A stretch of 64,000 nucleotides of DNA from positions 255,427 through 319,426 of the IMG/VR virus record IMGVR_UViG_3300045988_179268; one strand, given 5' to 3'. The notes below the pieces were generated by a model. The model had not been told where the DNA came from, made no database searches, and saw only the letters and a list, made by a program, of their open reading frames with translations. Shown in pieces: positions 8,684-17,861 of the stretch (position 1 is its first letter; each line of letters starts with the position of its first letter). This DNA is from a virus. Made by a program: the position numbers and the translations under genes.

Positions 8684-10285
8684 GTGTTGGCAAAAAATCA
8701 GACGTATAAAGCTTTCACTGTGCGCCCATCCTACATCCTAGACTTGAATGGCGAACTACTGGATAGCGCGCCTACCATGTCTCGGCTTGTCTCTGAGGTT
8801 CGGGGCATCTCGACGTATGCAACCTATACGGTTCGTAATGATACTCAGCTTGCGGCTGACCTGGCTCAGGTTACTGTTTCTCAGCCTGCGGTTGCTGGTC
8901 GTCGGGCTGGCGTTACTATTCCCCCTGAACTGGTAGTGAAGGGCAAGGTGTACAAAAACAAGGCGGGTAAGCTTGTAGAGGAAAAGGTTTTTGGTAGGTC
9001 GCGTAAGGAGTTGCTGTTTAGGCATCGCGTGGTCACTGAGCATCGTTCCTGGAAGGAGCGCGTTAAAGCCGCTAAGGGCACTTCTTCTAAGTATGTTTCG
9101 CAGGGCTGGAAGCGCACGGTGGATGCATCTGCCCCGTCGTATGGTGACGGTGATTTCATCAACTTAGGGGCTGTTGATAAGCAGTACGCGGTCATCGAGA
9201 ACAACCCGGTTGTGGATGGTGAGATTGTTCTCAGGATGGTCATTCAGGGTCAGTGGTATCGACTAATTTTCACCTTCGACAACAAGCGGTTCCCTGAGGG
9301 AAAAGTCACTCTGCCTGTGGTAAAAGTAGAAAACAATCAGCCTGTTTTCATTTTCACCGTCGTGACCGATAATCCTATTGTCCAGTTTTCCGGCGACTAC
9401 ACTATCGGCGTAGACGTGGGTATCAACGATTACGCTACTGTCGTGGTTCGCAACACCAAGACTGGATGTATAGTCAAGGAAACCACCCTCTCACAGCGAG
9501 TCCACTCGCTCTGGAATAGTGTTCGTGCGTCTGAGAAGCAGGTAAAACAGCTCAACAAGAAAGCGGATAAGCTTCTTTATGACCGTCAGGCTCATATGTG
9601 TGCGTTTGATGAGGCGCAGTTGCACCGTGAAGCCGCATCTCGCAAGAAAAGGGAGCTGGCGATTCTTGCCGCACAGGAAATCGCCTACTTGTCGCATCAG
9701 TACGACAACGCTGTTGTGGCTGTGGAAGACCTTGGTTGGGTTAGCAATACCATGCAGAACGGACGCTGGAATCGCGGCGCGTTCACCCAGTGGCTCAACC
9801 ACTACGTCACTCAGAATGGCGGCTGGGTCGTTGCCGTAAACTCTGCAAACACGTCACAGTTGTGTCATATTTGCAATGAAAAAGTGACGCACCCTACTCA
9901 TAGGGTTTCCCTCTGTCCTAAACATGGCGAGATGGATAGGGATGTTAATGCCGCCGCGAATATTGCCGCCCACGCCGCACCCAAGGTGGGGAAGGCGCGC
10001 AAGACTCGCGCGAAAAACCGCAAACTACAGGGCAAGGCACCGCTTAAAACCCCTGTCATCAGGGAAACCCTAAAGTATCCTGGGCGGGACAGGACTAAGA
10101 ACTGCCCTACCCCAAAGAGAAAGAAACGCACTTCTAAGGGGGTGAATCTTCCCATTAGCCCCGCTAGAGTCGTTGTGACTACCGTACTAGCGGACTGGGA
10201 TGCGTTCGGCATCTTGGAGACCGATATGGCGGCTATCAATCGCGGTAACGTAACTTACAAATGTAGGCTATGTAACCTAAATTGA
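8684..10285 (+). CDS. tnpB: TnpB-family (IS605 OrfB / Cas12-ancestor type) RuvC nuclease-like protein, 533 aa, with a long N-terminus and a basic C-terminal tail
   Basis: RuvC-I GVDVGINDYATV. RuvC-II VVAVEDLGWV. Zn-finger plus RuvC-III NTSQLCHICNEK...RVSLCPKHGEMDRDVNAAANIA. The tail is KVGKARKTRAKNRKLQGK...PTPKRKKRTSKG. AGGAGG at 8676-8681 favours TTG 8687 over GTG 8684 as the start. Confidence 0.85.
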   Translation: MLAKNQTYKAFTVRPSYILDLNGELLDSAPTMSRLVSEVRGISTYATYTVRNDTQLAADLAQVTVSQPAVAGRRAGVTIPPELVVKGKVYKNKAGKLVEEKVFGRSRKELLFRHRVVTEHRSWKERVKAAKGTSSKYVSQGWKRTVDASAPSYGDGDFINLGAVDKQYAVIENNPVVDGEIVLRMVIQGQWYRLIFTFDNKRFPEGKVTLPVVKVENNQPVFIFTVVTDNPIVQFSGDYTIGVDVGINDYATVVVRNTKTGCIVKETTLSQRVHSLWNSVRASEKQVKQLNKKADKLLYDRQAHMCAFDEAQLHREAASRKKRELAILAAQEIAYLSHQYDNAVVAVEDLGWVSNTMQNGRWNRGAFTQWLNHYVTQNGGWVVAVNSANTSQLCHICNEKVTHPTHRVSLCPKHGEMDRDVNAAANIAAHAAPKVGKARKTRAKNRKLQGKAPLKTPVIRETLKYPGRDRTKNCPTPKRKKRTSKGVNLPISPARVVVTTVLADWDAFGILETDMAAINRGNVTYKCRLCNLN

Positions 10286-10303
10286 TACGGTGCAGATTTC
10301 TGT

Positions 10304-10534
10304 ATGGATAACAACAATAATTTCCCGGTGTACGAGTCGGATAAGTACCCACGCCCAGCAGTAACCCCGGAAGAAGCTCTCGCCGTTGTGGAAGCTGGTA
10401 TGGGTCTTGCGGGATACACATGCACCGACCCATACCTCAAGGAGCTACTGAGGCAGAGCGCGTATGGCGAAATTACATTTGAGGAATACAGTGAGGCGTG
10501 TACTAAGTACATCCTTGGTGATGACCGCGCCTAA
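10304..10534 (+). CDS. Small protein, weak VbhA-antitoxin-like pattern
   Basis: ...AVVEAGMGLAGYTCTDPYLKELLRQSAYGEITFEEYSEAC resembles the VbhA layout (xLEGLxPS...YxxGEIsxeE). The inhibitory S-x3-E-G glutamate is not present. No SD sequence; the ATG sits 18 nt after the tnpB-like stop. Confidence 0.3.
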   Translation: MDNNNNFPVYESDKYPRPAVTPEEALAVVEAGMGLAGYTCTDPYLKELLRQSAYGEITFEEYSEACTKYILGDDRA

Positions 10535-10588
10535 ATAATTCCGCATATAGACGCTATTAGCGAGAGGGCATTTACATATCTACCGCCA

Positions 10589-10628
10589 AAAAGCCTGGTG
10601 TGAGTGATAGAACTCACGCCAGGCTTTT
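10589..10628 (+). terminator. Rho-independent terminator
   Basis: Stem aaaagcctggtgtgagt/actcacgccaggctttt (one G-U pair) ending in a T-run. Confidence 0.8.
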
Positions 10629-10638
10629 AACATGGAAT

Positions 10639-10667
10639 TTCACAACCATCTAAAAATGTGGTACAGT
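10639..10667 (+). promoter_or_regulatory. Promoter, TTCACA-N17-TGTGGTACAGT
   Basis: Member of the recurrent TGTGnTAnAnT motif. It lies inside the ORF-track N-terminal extension of the VWA gene. Confidence 0.55.
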
Positions 10668-10694
10668 ATAAGTATTGGAAAGGAGGGTAACGGA

Positions 10695-12461
10695 TTGCCC
10701 ACTCAGATTATTATGGCACCCCCGCCGGGTGCTCCCGCAGTAAACAGCATTACAGGTCAGCCCATCAATGGCGAAAAGCCTGAAAAGCCGCCTATTAAGG
10801 TGCGCAAGCTAACCCCTAAAGAGCTTGAGAGGTATATTCACTATATCCAGGAGCTTGTTAAGATTACCCCATACTTCGCACCTATCCTTCGACAGTTGCG
10901 CCCCGCAATTATCAACACGGACAAGGCGTATATTGATAAGCATTGGCGAATCGCGCTCCCTGAGGGCTCCCTAGATGACTATCTGGATTTTGAGACGTTT
11001 ACGAAGATAATGCGTGAAGCGTTGCGTATCGTTATTATTCAGCGAGAACGCGCCGCCCGCGCAGGATACCGTGACGACGAAACCGCCCGCGCATCGTTTG
11101 ACCTGGAAATTAACCAGCGCCTTAGTGGTCTTGGTGGACGAATCAAGCTCGACCCTGAGAATGACTTTGTTCCTGCCGACTACGACCTCCCCCCGTTCGG
11201 TGTCGCGGAGGAGTTCTACGACACCATTCTCCAGTATTTCGAAGAGGAGGAACCCCCTTCGGGTGGCAACTCTTCTAATTCTAATAATGGTCAGCAGGGC
11301 GGGAAGTCTACCAACGGTAGCGGCAACGGAACCCCTACCTCTTCTAACGGGAATAAGGGCTCTGGTACCGCTTCTAAGGGCGGTTCAAGCTCCAACCAAG
11401 AAGAAGGTGGCGACAACCAGGAAGACCCCAACCAGGAAAACACTGGCGATAACGATACTAGCGATTCTGGTAATGGCAACGGTGACGTTGAAGATAGCCA
11501 GGGTGATGAGAGTCAGGATTCTGGCAACGGGGCACCGCCTGACACTTCCGACGAGGAAGGTGGTGACGGCGGCGGCGGTAGTGACACAGGAGAAGATGGT
11601 GAAGAAGACGGAAGCGGTGGGATTACCGACGAGTTCGTGACCAACCACAACCTCCAGGCACTAATGGACGGCGCAGGCATCCAGGCGGCAAGCGAAATGG
11701 TCAAGCGTGAATCTCGTAAGGACATGCTCGCCAAGGTTCGCCAGGAACAGGCTAAAAAGAGCCGAGGCAAGGGTCACAACGAAAGCATCCTTGATTGGGT
11801 TACGAAGACCGAAGCAGGAAACACTGTTCACTGGACTGCATTGCTCAAGCGAACCCTGGCGACGGCTTCTAGCCAGCGAACCGCCGGTGAGACTTACCGA
11901 ACATTCCGCAAGTACAACCGTCTAAACGTCATCATGCCGGATAACCGAGTCATGTTCCCTACCTACTATGACACGAAGCCTCATGTTTACGTGGGTGTGG
12001 ACACGTCAGGCTCCATGCTGAACGAAGTAGACTCCGGTCGCGCATTGGGTAATATCGACCGCATCTTGAATGATTTTAGGAATCGCGCTGAAATGCGAAT
12101 CTGCGCCATTGACACAAAAATGGGCGAGTTCCAGAATGTGAGGGACATCTCCGAAATTAATTTCGTTGGTGGTGGTGGCACTGAAATGGCTCCCTTCGTC
12201 AAGGCTCTCAATGAGTATGACAAGGGTACTGACAGCAAGCACCCGCCCGCCGCGCTAGGAATCCTTATTACGGACGGATACATCGACTGGAAGGCTGTAG
12301 CTAGGGAACTTGGTCAGCGCCACAATTACAAGCTGGCTATCGTCCTCACCTCAGACCACAACAGAAACTCTGTGGTGGAGATGAACAACTACTTTTCCCA
12401 CCTGCCGCTTAACGCACGACCTACCATCATTAAGATTGAGCGCCCGCGAAGCAACTTCTAA
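10695..12461 (+). CDS. VWA-domain protein with a long acidic G/S/N/D-rich linker (CobT / DUF2201-like partner of the adjacent ATPase)
   Basis: TTG 10695 sits 8 nt after AGGAGG; ATG 10713 is an alternative. MIDAS motif VYVGVDTSGSM, then GGGGTEMAP and ILITDGYIDW. About 130 aa of low complexity (GGNSSNSNNGQQGG...GEDGEEDGSGG). Confidence 0.75.
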   Translation: MPTQIIMAPPPGAPAVNSITGQPINGEKPEKPPIKVRKLTPKELERYIHYIQELVKITPYFAPILRQLRPAIINTDKAYIDKHWRIALPEGSLDDYLDFETFTKIMREALRIVIIQRERAARAGYRDDETARASFDLEINQRLSGLGGRIKLDPENDFVPADYDLPPFGVAEEFYDTILQYFEEEEPPSGGNSSNSNNGQQGGKSTNGSGNGTPTSSNGNKGSGTASKGGSSSNQEEGGDNQEDPNQENTGDNDTSDSGNGNGDVEDSQGDESQDSGNGAPPDTSDEEGGDGGGGSDTGEDGEEDGSGGITDEFVTNHNLQALMDGAGIQAASEMVKRESRKDMLAKVRQEQAKKSRGKGHNESILDWVTKTEAGNTVHWTALLKRTLATASSQRTAGETYRTFRKYNRLNVIMPDNRVMFPTYYDTKPHVYVGVDTSGSMLNEVDSGRALGNIDRILNDFRNRAEMRICAIDTKMGEFQNVRDISEINFVGGGGTEMAPFVKALNEYDKGTDSKHPPAALGILITDGYIDWKAVARELGQRHNYKLAIVLTSDHNRNSVVEMNNYFSHLPLNARPTIIKIERPRSNF

Positions 12462-12513
12462 CGCATCAATCCCCAATACCACTTAACCCACCTACAGATA
12501 GGAAATAATCACT

Positions 12514-14064
12514 ATGTCTGCAACCTCTAACAAGGCGACTGGAAACATCTCTGTCGCACCCCTGCCCCTCAAGAAGGCAATGAATTTCGTGAAGACCCTT
12601 GCCTTCCCGAAGAGCAACACTGACGGCTCCCTGCGCCCCGGCTTGTCCGTAGCGCTGATTGGCGAACCCGGTATCGGTAAGACTGCCGCTATTCACGCTC
12701 TCAAGGATGAAATGAACTATGAAGGCGTTGAGGTACTTATCGGTTCTCAGCTGTCCCCTGAAATGATTGGTGGCATCCCATCGGTGGGTGAAACCACTGT
12801 CACTAATGCTGACGGTGTTGTAGAACACATCCCTTCTACCGCATACCTAAACGAGCCGTTCCAGGTTCGTATCCGCGAGAAGAAGAAGGTTATTCTACTG
12901 CTGGATGAGTACAGCAACTCTGGTCCTAACGTCCAGGCGGCTATGCTGTACATCTTTAATGAGCGCCGCTTCCCGGATGGCACTGAAATTCCCGCAGAAA
13001 CCGTTATCCTTTTGGCGACGAACTCTGCTAACTCTTCGGTGAACCCGAACCCCATTGCTCCGCCTACTCAGAACCGTGTCGCATGGCTTCCTGTGACGCA
13101 GGATAAGGACGGCTGGGTTGAAGGCGCTATTGATAACTGGGGTAAGCCTATGCTTGAGCATGAGCCTGCTATCCGTAAGATGGTAGTCAAGTACATGTCT
13201 GACCGTGACGGCGCACTGCATGAGGACGACCGCGATTCCCGCCTTGACCGCTTTGCGTCGGATATGGATAACAACTGCCGCGATGCCGCTACTTACGCAT
13301 GGCGTTCACCTCGAAGCTGGGATAACCTCATTCACGCACTGGCTTTGGCACCTCATGACGACAAGGACACGTTTATTGATTATGCGGAGACTGTTGCGAC
13401 TGCCATTATTGGTTTTGACGGTTACAATGCGTTCAGGGGCGCACTTAGCCGCTACGCAGAGTCGCTGAATAGTGATAATTCTGTCGCCATGATGACCATT
13501 GAAGAGATGTTCGCAGACCCCGGCAAGCTGTCTAAGGGCGTTAAGGAGAACGACCAGAACCTTGCATCTGATGTTGCTGAGCGTCTGGCTGATTACATTC
13601 AGGATAAGATTGACGGCGTGCCTAAGTCTGGCGCTTCCAAGAAGCAGAAGGATGCCCTGGGTGAGGATATTGCGAAGGCATGTAGCTTCATCTACACCCT
13701 TGTGGATGCTTCGTCTCCGTTGAACAATGTTGCATTCCGCGCACCTCTGCATGTGACGCTTACCAAGATTATTGATGCACTCGGTAAGCGAATGGACATC
13801 TTGGGTATTGACCCGGCTAAGCCTGGTCTTCACGTCCCGCACTCCGCACTCTCTGACATGTACTCTAAGTACCTGCTGAATAACCTGCCGCTGGCTTCTA
13901 TGGGCCTTCCTGCTGACACGAATGTGAATCCTCAGAGTGCCAAGGAGGAGAAGGAGCTTAAGAAGAAGCTAGAAAAGGTGATGTGGCACCCGCTGTCTAT
14001 CCCTACCACTTTGATGGCTCAGGCATACTCTAGCCTGCATGATGTAGATAACAATAAGCGTTAA
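12514..14064 (+). CDS. AAA+ ATPase, MoxR / AAA_5 (CobS-like) type
   Basis: Walker A LIGEPGIGKTAA. Walker B VILLLDEYSN. NVQAAMLYIFNERRFPDG...ETVILLATNS matches the MoxR/AAA_5 core. Confidence 0.8.
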   Translation: MSATSNKATGNISVAPLPLKKAMNFVKTLAFPKSNTDGSLRPGLSVALIGEPGIGKTAAIHALKDEMNYEGVEVLIGSQLSPEMIGGIPSVGETTVTNADGVVEHIPSTAYLNEPFQVRIREKKKVILLLDEYSNSGPNVQAAMLYIFNERRFPDGTEIPAETVILLATNSANSSVNPNPIAPPTQNRVAWLPVTQDKDGWVEGAIDNWGKPMLEHEPAIRKMVVKYMSDRDGALHEDDRDSRLDRFASDMDNNCRDAATYAWRSPRSWDNLIHALALAPHDDKDTFIDYAETVATAIIGFDGYNAFRGALSRYAESLNSDNSVAMMTIEEMFADPGKLSKGVKENDQNLASDVAERLADYIQDKIDGVPKSGASKKQKDALGEDIAKACSFIYTLVDASSPLNNVAFRAPLHVTLTKIIDALGKRMDILGIDPAKPGLHVPHSALSDMYSKYLLNNLPLASMGLPADTNVNPQSAKEEKELKKKLEKVMWHPLSIPTTLMAQAYSSLHDVDNNKR

Positions 14065-14079
14065 GGTGTAGTTTGACAC

Positions 14080-14139
14080 GAAAAGCCGTACCAATTTAAG
14101 TAAATCCACGGGGTTAATACTTAAATTGGTACGGCTTTC
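14080..14139 (+). terminator. Hairpin terminator
   Basis: 22-bp stem gaaaagccgtaccaatttaagta/tacttaaattggtacggctttc followed by gtctttt. Confidence 0.8.
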
Positions 14140-14185
14140 GTCTTTTCCCTTAATAATTAGTGCATTGATAGCGGCTTGCAAAATA

Positions 14186-14196
14186 TGTGGTACAAT
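14186..14196 (+). promoter_or_regulatory. Extended -10 element TGTGGTACAAT
   Basis: Recurrent motif, 57 nt upstream of ATG 14253. No good -35. Confidence 0.55.
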
Positions 14197-14252
14197 ATCT
14201 ATATACAGTTTTTCGTTTACTCACTAGAGAATCCACAGAGAGGTAACTGGCA

Positions 14253-15170
14253 ATGAGCCTCACAGACCCGCGCAATCAAGAAACCACTGGCAAGCTTTGC
14301 GCCGCCTCCCCAAGCATTTCTGACAACGCAAAAGTCACGGGTGAATCCACCTTCACCGGAAACCCTAGCTCCCTATCGGGAAACGCACATGCCCACAACG
14401 TAAACCTTACGGCGTGTACCCTGTCTGGCAATGCAGAGGTTGCCAACGGTATCCACATGGGGCTTACCGCAACCGGTAATGCATCTCTTCACGGGTGTAC
14501 AACAATGCTTAAAAGCGCCATTTCGGGGAATGTGAAGGTTCGCGGGAACATTCTTGTATGTGGCGGAAAGCTTAGCGGCAACGTTGAAATTAACGACTTT
14601 GGAGCCGCCGGTGACCCGTGCCCCGTCTTCCCCTGCAACAACGGAGACAGACTATATGACATCGCCCACCTTGCAAGCACTACGGCGGCTTCCGGCAAAG
14701 CCGTCATTAAAGAGCTAGCCTATAGTTCTTTGGCAATAATCAACGCTAATGGCGACTACAGTAGCCTGCGTATCTGCCTCAACGGTGAAGCTCACACGGA
14801 AAACAATCCTCGATGCCACTGCCTCCTCTGGCTCCCCCTCCTACTTGTATGCGACCCTATCGCTACGCACTATTTCCTCCGCGTAGGTGGTAAGCTACAG
14901 CCTATGGGTGAAGGTCATAAGAGCGTGTATGCCGAAGATAGTATCCGCAACCCCTATAATGCATTTAGCTACACCAGCCTTGAAACGCTCATGCGGAAGT
15001 CTCTGGAAGAGCTACCGGATAAATCCTCTGATGATATTTGTAGCCTACTGCTAACGAACATTGAGGCACACAATATGGGCGACAGCATCCCCGATGAATA
15101 CCCTGAGAGCCTATTAAGTCAGTGGGCAGACATCATCAAGGTAGCAACCGGAACCAATATCTTCGATTAA
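14253..15170 (+). CDS. Beta-helix / Cys-His-module family protein
   Basis: Repeats SGNAHAHNV, SGNAEVANG, TGNASLHG, SGNVKVRGN, SGNVEIND, then ICLNGEAHTENNPRCHCLLWLPLLLVCDPIATHYF and DSIRNPYNAF. Confidence 0.85.
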   Translation: MSLTDPRNQETTGKLCAASPSISDNAKVTGESTFTGNPSSLSGNAHAHNVNLTACTLSGNAEVANGIHMGLTATGNASLHGCTTMLKSAISGNVKVRGNILVCGGKLSGNVEINDFGAAGDPCPVFPCNNGDRLYDIAHLASTTAASGKAVIKELAYSSLAIINANGDYSSLRICLNGEAHTENNPRCHCLLWLPLLLVCDPIATHYFLRVGGKLQPMGEGHKSVYAEDSIRNPYNAFSYTSLETLMRKSLEELPDKSSDDICSLLLTNIEAHNMGDSIPDEYPESLLSQWADIIKVATGTNIFD

Positions 15171-15191
15171 GAGCTAAGGAAAGAACCACCT

Positions 15192-16439
15192 ATGCCTGAA
15201 CAGACCGTCGTTGAGCCTTATGCTCACGTTTACACTGTCCTTGATTACTCCAAGGCAGATACCGAGAAAATCACCACACCCACAGGTAAAGCACCAGCAG
15301 TTATTACCAAGGTTCAGAAAGCTGGCGGTAAGCTTATTGCCATCAATGAACGCCGGTGTGAAAATGTTGCTAAGGGTGCGCAATTTGTCGTGGAATCTCC
15401 CGCCAATATGCCGGATGTGAATTTTGGCAATACTGATGAAATTGCCCCTACTGAGTTTTGGGCACCCACCAACGGAGAGGTTCGCCACCCGGCACGCATG
15501 GGCTGGCTTTACGCCACCAGCCCTAAAACTATTGTGGCTGTGGTTGATGAGGCTGTACTGGAGGGGCGCTCTAGCTTTGATGGCGTGAACGTCGTTAAGG
15601 GGCGTGCTGTCGTGAAGGATGCCCGCCTGGAAGGAAAATGCTCCGTAGAAGATGACGCAACCATTAATGGCGGCTGTCATACATTCCTCAAGATGTTCAA
15701 TAAATCAGCAATTACTGGTAATGTAGTCACTGACTGCGTAAAGCTTACAGGCAATGCCCGGATTATGGGTAATGTCAGTGTCCACAATCTACATTTATCT
15801 GGCAATACCCTGATTGACGCACGTGGCTGTGTCCCCGAAGGAGAGCATGTTAATGTTGGTCCTTGGTTTGGCAGGCTCATTAATGACCTTACCGAGTTTG
15901 ACACGTTGCAACTTTTTGGATACTCAGACGAGATGAGCCTTAAGAACTTGTGTCGCATTGCAGAAGCGGTGGGTGGCAATCTTATGCCACCTGATTCACG
16001 TGGAGAGAACCCTTGGCTGAGGGAGGTGACGTTCTGCCTCGACCCGGAGGTTCATGCCCAACATATTGACCGTTGCCGTTGTGCCCTATGGAACCCCTTG
16101 GCGCTCCTTGGCAACGCCGCCGCGATTCATTATATTGTTCGAGCTGAGGGTCTTCTTAAGCCCCCTGGTGAAGCCGTAACACCGTATCTGGACAGTTCAA
16201 TGAGTAACCCTTTTAGCTCATTTTCAATTCTCCAGCTGGAAGACTTAATGAGTGAAGTGTATTCTGGCATGTATGTTGCAGACCGTTATTACGGCAGTAG
16301 CTTCGAGAAAGATAGGGTTACGGAGATGTACATTGAGAACTACGATGCATTCGGAGTGGATATTCCTAGTGAGGATGTTATTACTTCTGAATGTCTCCAA
16401 CAGTTACGGAGCATCATCTTAGGCAAGCCCTGGCTGTAG
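15192..16439 (+). CDS. Beta-helix / Cys-His-module family protein
   Basis: ITGNVVTDCVKLTGNARIMGNVSVHNLHLSGNTLID, then FCLDPEVHAQHIDRCRCALWNPLALLGNAAAIHYI. Confidence 0.85.
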   Translation: MPEQTVVEPYAHVYTVLDYSKADTEKITTPTGKAPAVITKVQKAGGKLIAINERRCENVAKGAQFVVESPANMPDVNFGNTDEIAPTEFWAPTNGEVRHPARMGWLYATSPKTIVAVVDEAVLEGRSSFDGVNVVKGRAVVKDARLEGKCSVEDDATINGGCHTFLKMFNKSAITGNVVTDCVKLTGNARIMGNVSVHNLHLSGNTLIDARGCVPEGEHVNVGPWFGRLINDLTEFDTLQLFGYSDEMSLKNLCRIAEAVGGNLMPPDSRGENPWLREVTFCLDPEVHAQHIDRCRCALWNPLALLGNAAAIHYIVRAEGLLKPPGEAVTPYLDSSMSNPFSSFSILQLEDLMSEVYSGMYVADRYYGSSFEKDRVTEMYIENYDAFGVDIPSEDVITSECLQQLRSIILGKPWL

Positions 16440-16448
16440 GTGCTGGGT

Positions 16449-16482
16449 GTAGTGGCATATATCTCCCGATATGTGCCACTAC
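16449..16482 (+). terminator. Hairpin terminator
   Basis: Stem gtagtggca/tgccactac followed by ttttat. Confidence 0.6.
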
Positions 16483-16513
16483 TTTTATGAGTTCCATACA
16501 TATCCAAGCAATA

Positions 16514-16524
16514 TGTGGTACACT
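16514..16524 (+). promoter_or_regulatory. Extended -10 element TGTGGTACACT
   Basis: Recurrent motif, 32 nt upstream of ATG 16556. Confidence 0.55.
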
Positions 16525-16555
16525 ATTTGTAGTTAATTATTTTTTAGGAGGAAGA

Positions 16556-17767
16556 ATGAGTGACACTCAGATTACTATCACCTGCGAAACTGTAGCTCCG
16601 AGTGAGGGGCGTAACCCAAAGGAGGATACGCTCGTCATTGGTGCTACTAAGGTAAAGGCGCTAAATCAGCTCATCGAATCGGATAAGAGCCTGATTTACG
16701 CATATGCGCCCGGCAATACGCCTGAAAACAACTATCCCGTAATCGTAGCCACCAGTGAAGGTAATCTCCCTGACGTGGACTTCGATAACCCCACAGGGGT
16801 AGACGGCAATGAGTATCCTGCCACCAGTAAGTTCATGCGTGCCAACAGCTACTCTGACTACACTTCGCTAGTCATTGACAACGCGCGCGTATTTGGCGAT
16901 GTAACTTTCAATGAAACATCTCTCATTGAAAACAATGCCACCGTTCGCGACACTACCCTAAACAATGTGACCGCATCCGGCAACTCCAGTATTACTGGCG
17001 GCTCCCACGATAGGCTGACCATCAAGAATAAGGCGACCATTAATGGCGTGACGACCGAGAAGTGCACCATCAAGAACAACGCCTATATTAGTGGAAACAT
17101 CAGGTTTAGCAATGTGACGCTTGAGGGAGATATTAAGATTGACATCCCCCATTCAGACACCGCACTTAATCTCGCAGAGAACACCGAGAAGCTTCTTTAT
17201 AACATTAAGGAAACTAAACCTAACCGTAAGACTAGGCAATTCTACAACGCGGGAAAGTCTTTCGATAGGAAGAGTCTGCTAAACATGCTGTACATCACGA
17301 AGACGGTACTTGAAGACTCGAACGCCCTAAGTGGCGTATGGTGTATCGACCACGCCACACACAAGGAAAACATGGGACTCTGCCACTGCATGTTGTGGTA
17401 CCCGCTGTACCTTATGGGTAACGGAATCGCAATGCAGTACTTCTTCCGCGCAGACGGCATCCTACAGCCTGCCGGTCATGCCCTAAGTGTAAATGTGGAA
17501 GACTCTATCCGCAACCCTTACAGCGCGTTCACAAACGTAATGATGGAAGACCGTATGCGCCTCGTCATTGATGAAATCCTTCAAAGCGACGCTCACCCTA
17601 CCGCATCTTACGGAACTGAGACTGAAACATCTAAGCGATGGAAGGAAGCGGTTACCACATATATTCCTGAAACGAAGAACTTTCCTGTAGTGCTAAGCCG
17701 CACAAAGTGGTGGAACTACAGGTGTGACATCATTGGCGCATCTGAGCTTCGGTTTGGAACACTCTAA
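16556..17767 (+). CDS. Beta-helix / Cys-His-module family protein
   Basis: ATG 16556 (MSDTQITI) follows AGGAGG. The ORF-track start at 16391 runs through a terminator and a promoter. WCIDHATHKENMGLCHCMLWYPLYLMGNGIAMQYF and DSIRNPYSAF. Confidence 0.85.
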   Translation: MSDTQITITCETVAPSEGRNPKEDTLVIGATKVKALNQLIESDKSLIYAYAPGNTPENNYPVIVATSEGNLPDVDFDNPTGVDGNEYPATSKFMRANSYSDYTSLVIDNARVFGDVTFNETSLIENNATVRDTTLNNVTASGNSSITGGSHDRLTIKNKATINGVTTEKCTIKNNAYISGNIRFSNVTLEGDIKIDIPHSDTALNLAENTEKLLYNIKETKPNRKTRQFYNAGKSFDRKSLLNMLYITKTVLEDSNALSGVWCIDHATHKENMGLCHCMLWYPLYLMGNGIAMQYFFRADGILQPAGHALSVNVEDSIRNPYSAFTNVMMEDRMRLVIDEILQSDAHPTASYGTETETSKRWKEAVTTYIPETKNFPVVLSRTKWWNYRCDIIGASELRFGTL

Positions 17768-17788
17768 AGACGAGTCATAACCAGGTTG

Positions 17789-17824
17789 GGGGTGCTAAAG
17801 TTTTTTATTAAATTTTGGCACCCC
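17789..17824 (+). terminator. Hairpin
   Basis: Stem ggggtgctaaagtt/aattttggcacccc (two G-U pairs). No downstream T-tract. Confidence 0.45.
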
Positions 17825-17861
17825 TAACATAACTACCTTATAGAAGTAAGGAGCCTCAGCT

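Noticed and set aside
10262-10280. ctatgtaacctaaattg after the 533-aa tnpB-like gene resembles catgtaaccctaagc at the start of the omega-RNA-like region of the other element
   Set aside because: It is only about 11 matching bases with a gap, and nothing further aligns. It is likely coincidental.
11014-11770. Several ORFs on both strands (11014-11640 plus strand; 11291-11770 minus strand) over the VWA gene linker
   Set aside because: These are frames opened by the G/S/N/D low-complexity coding region. They have no independent start signals.
16391-16555. ORF-track N-terminal extensions (also 10632-10694, 36707-36772, 45405-45500, 55513-55644, 62519-62605 and 27449-27547)
   Set aside because: Each extension runs through a terminator hairpin and/or a promoter motif. 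Each is followed by an internal start with a strong SD sequence.
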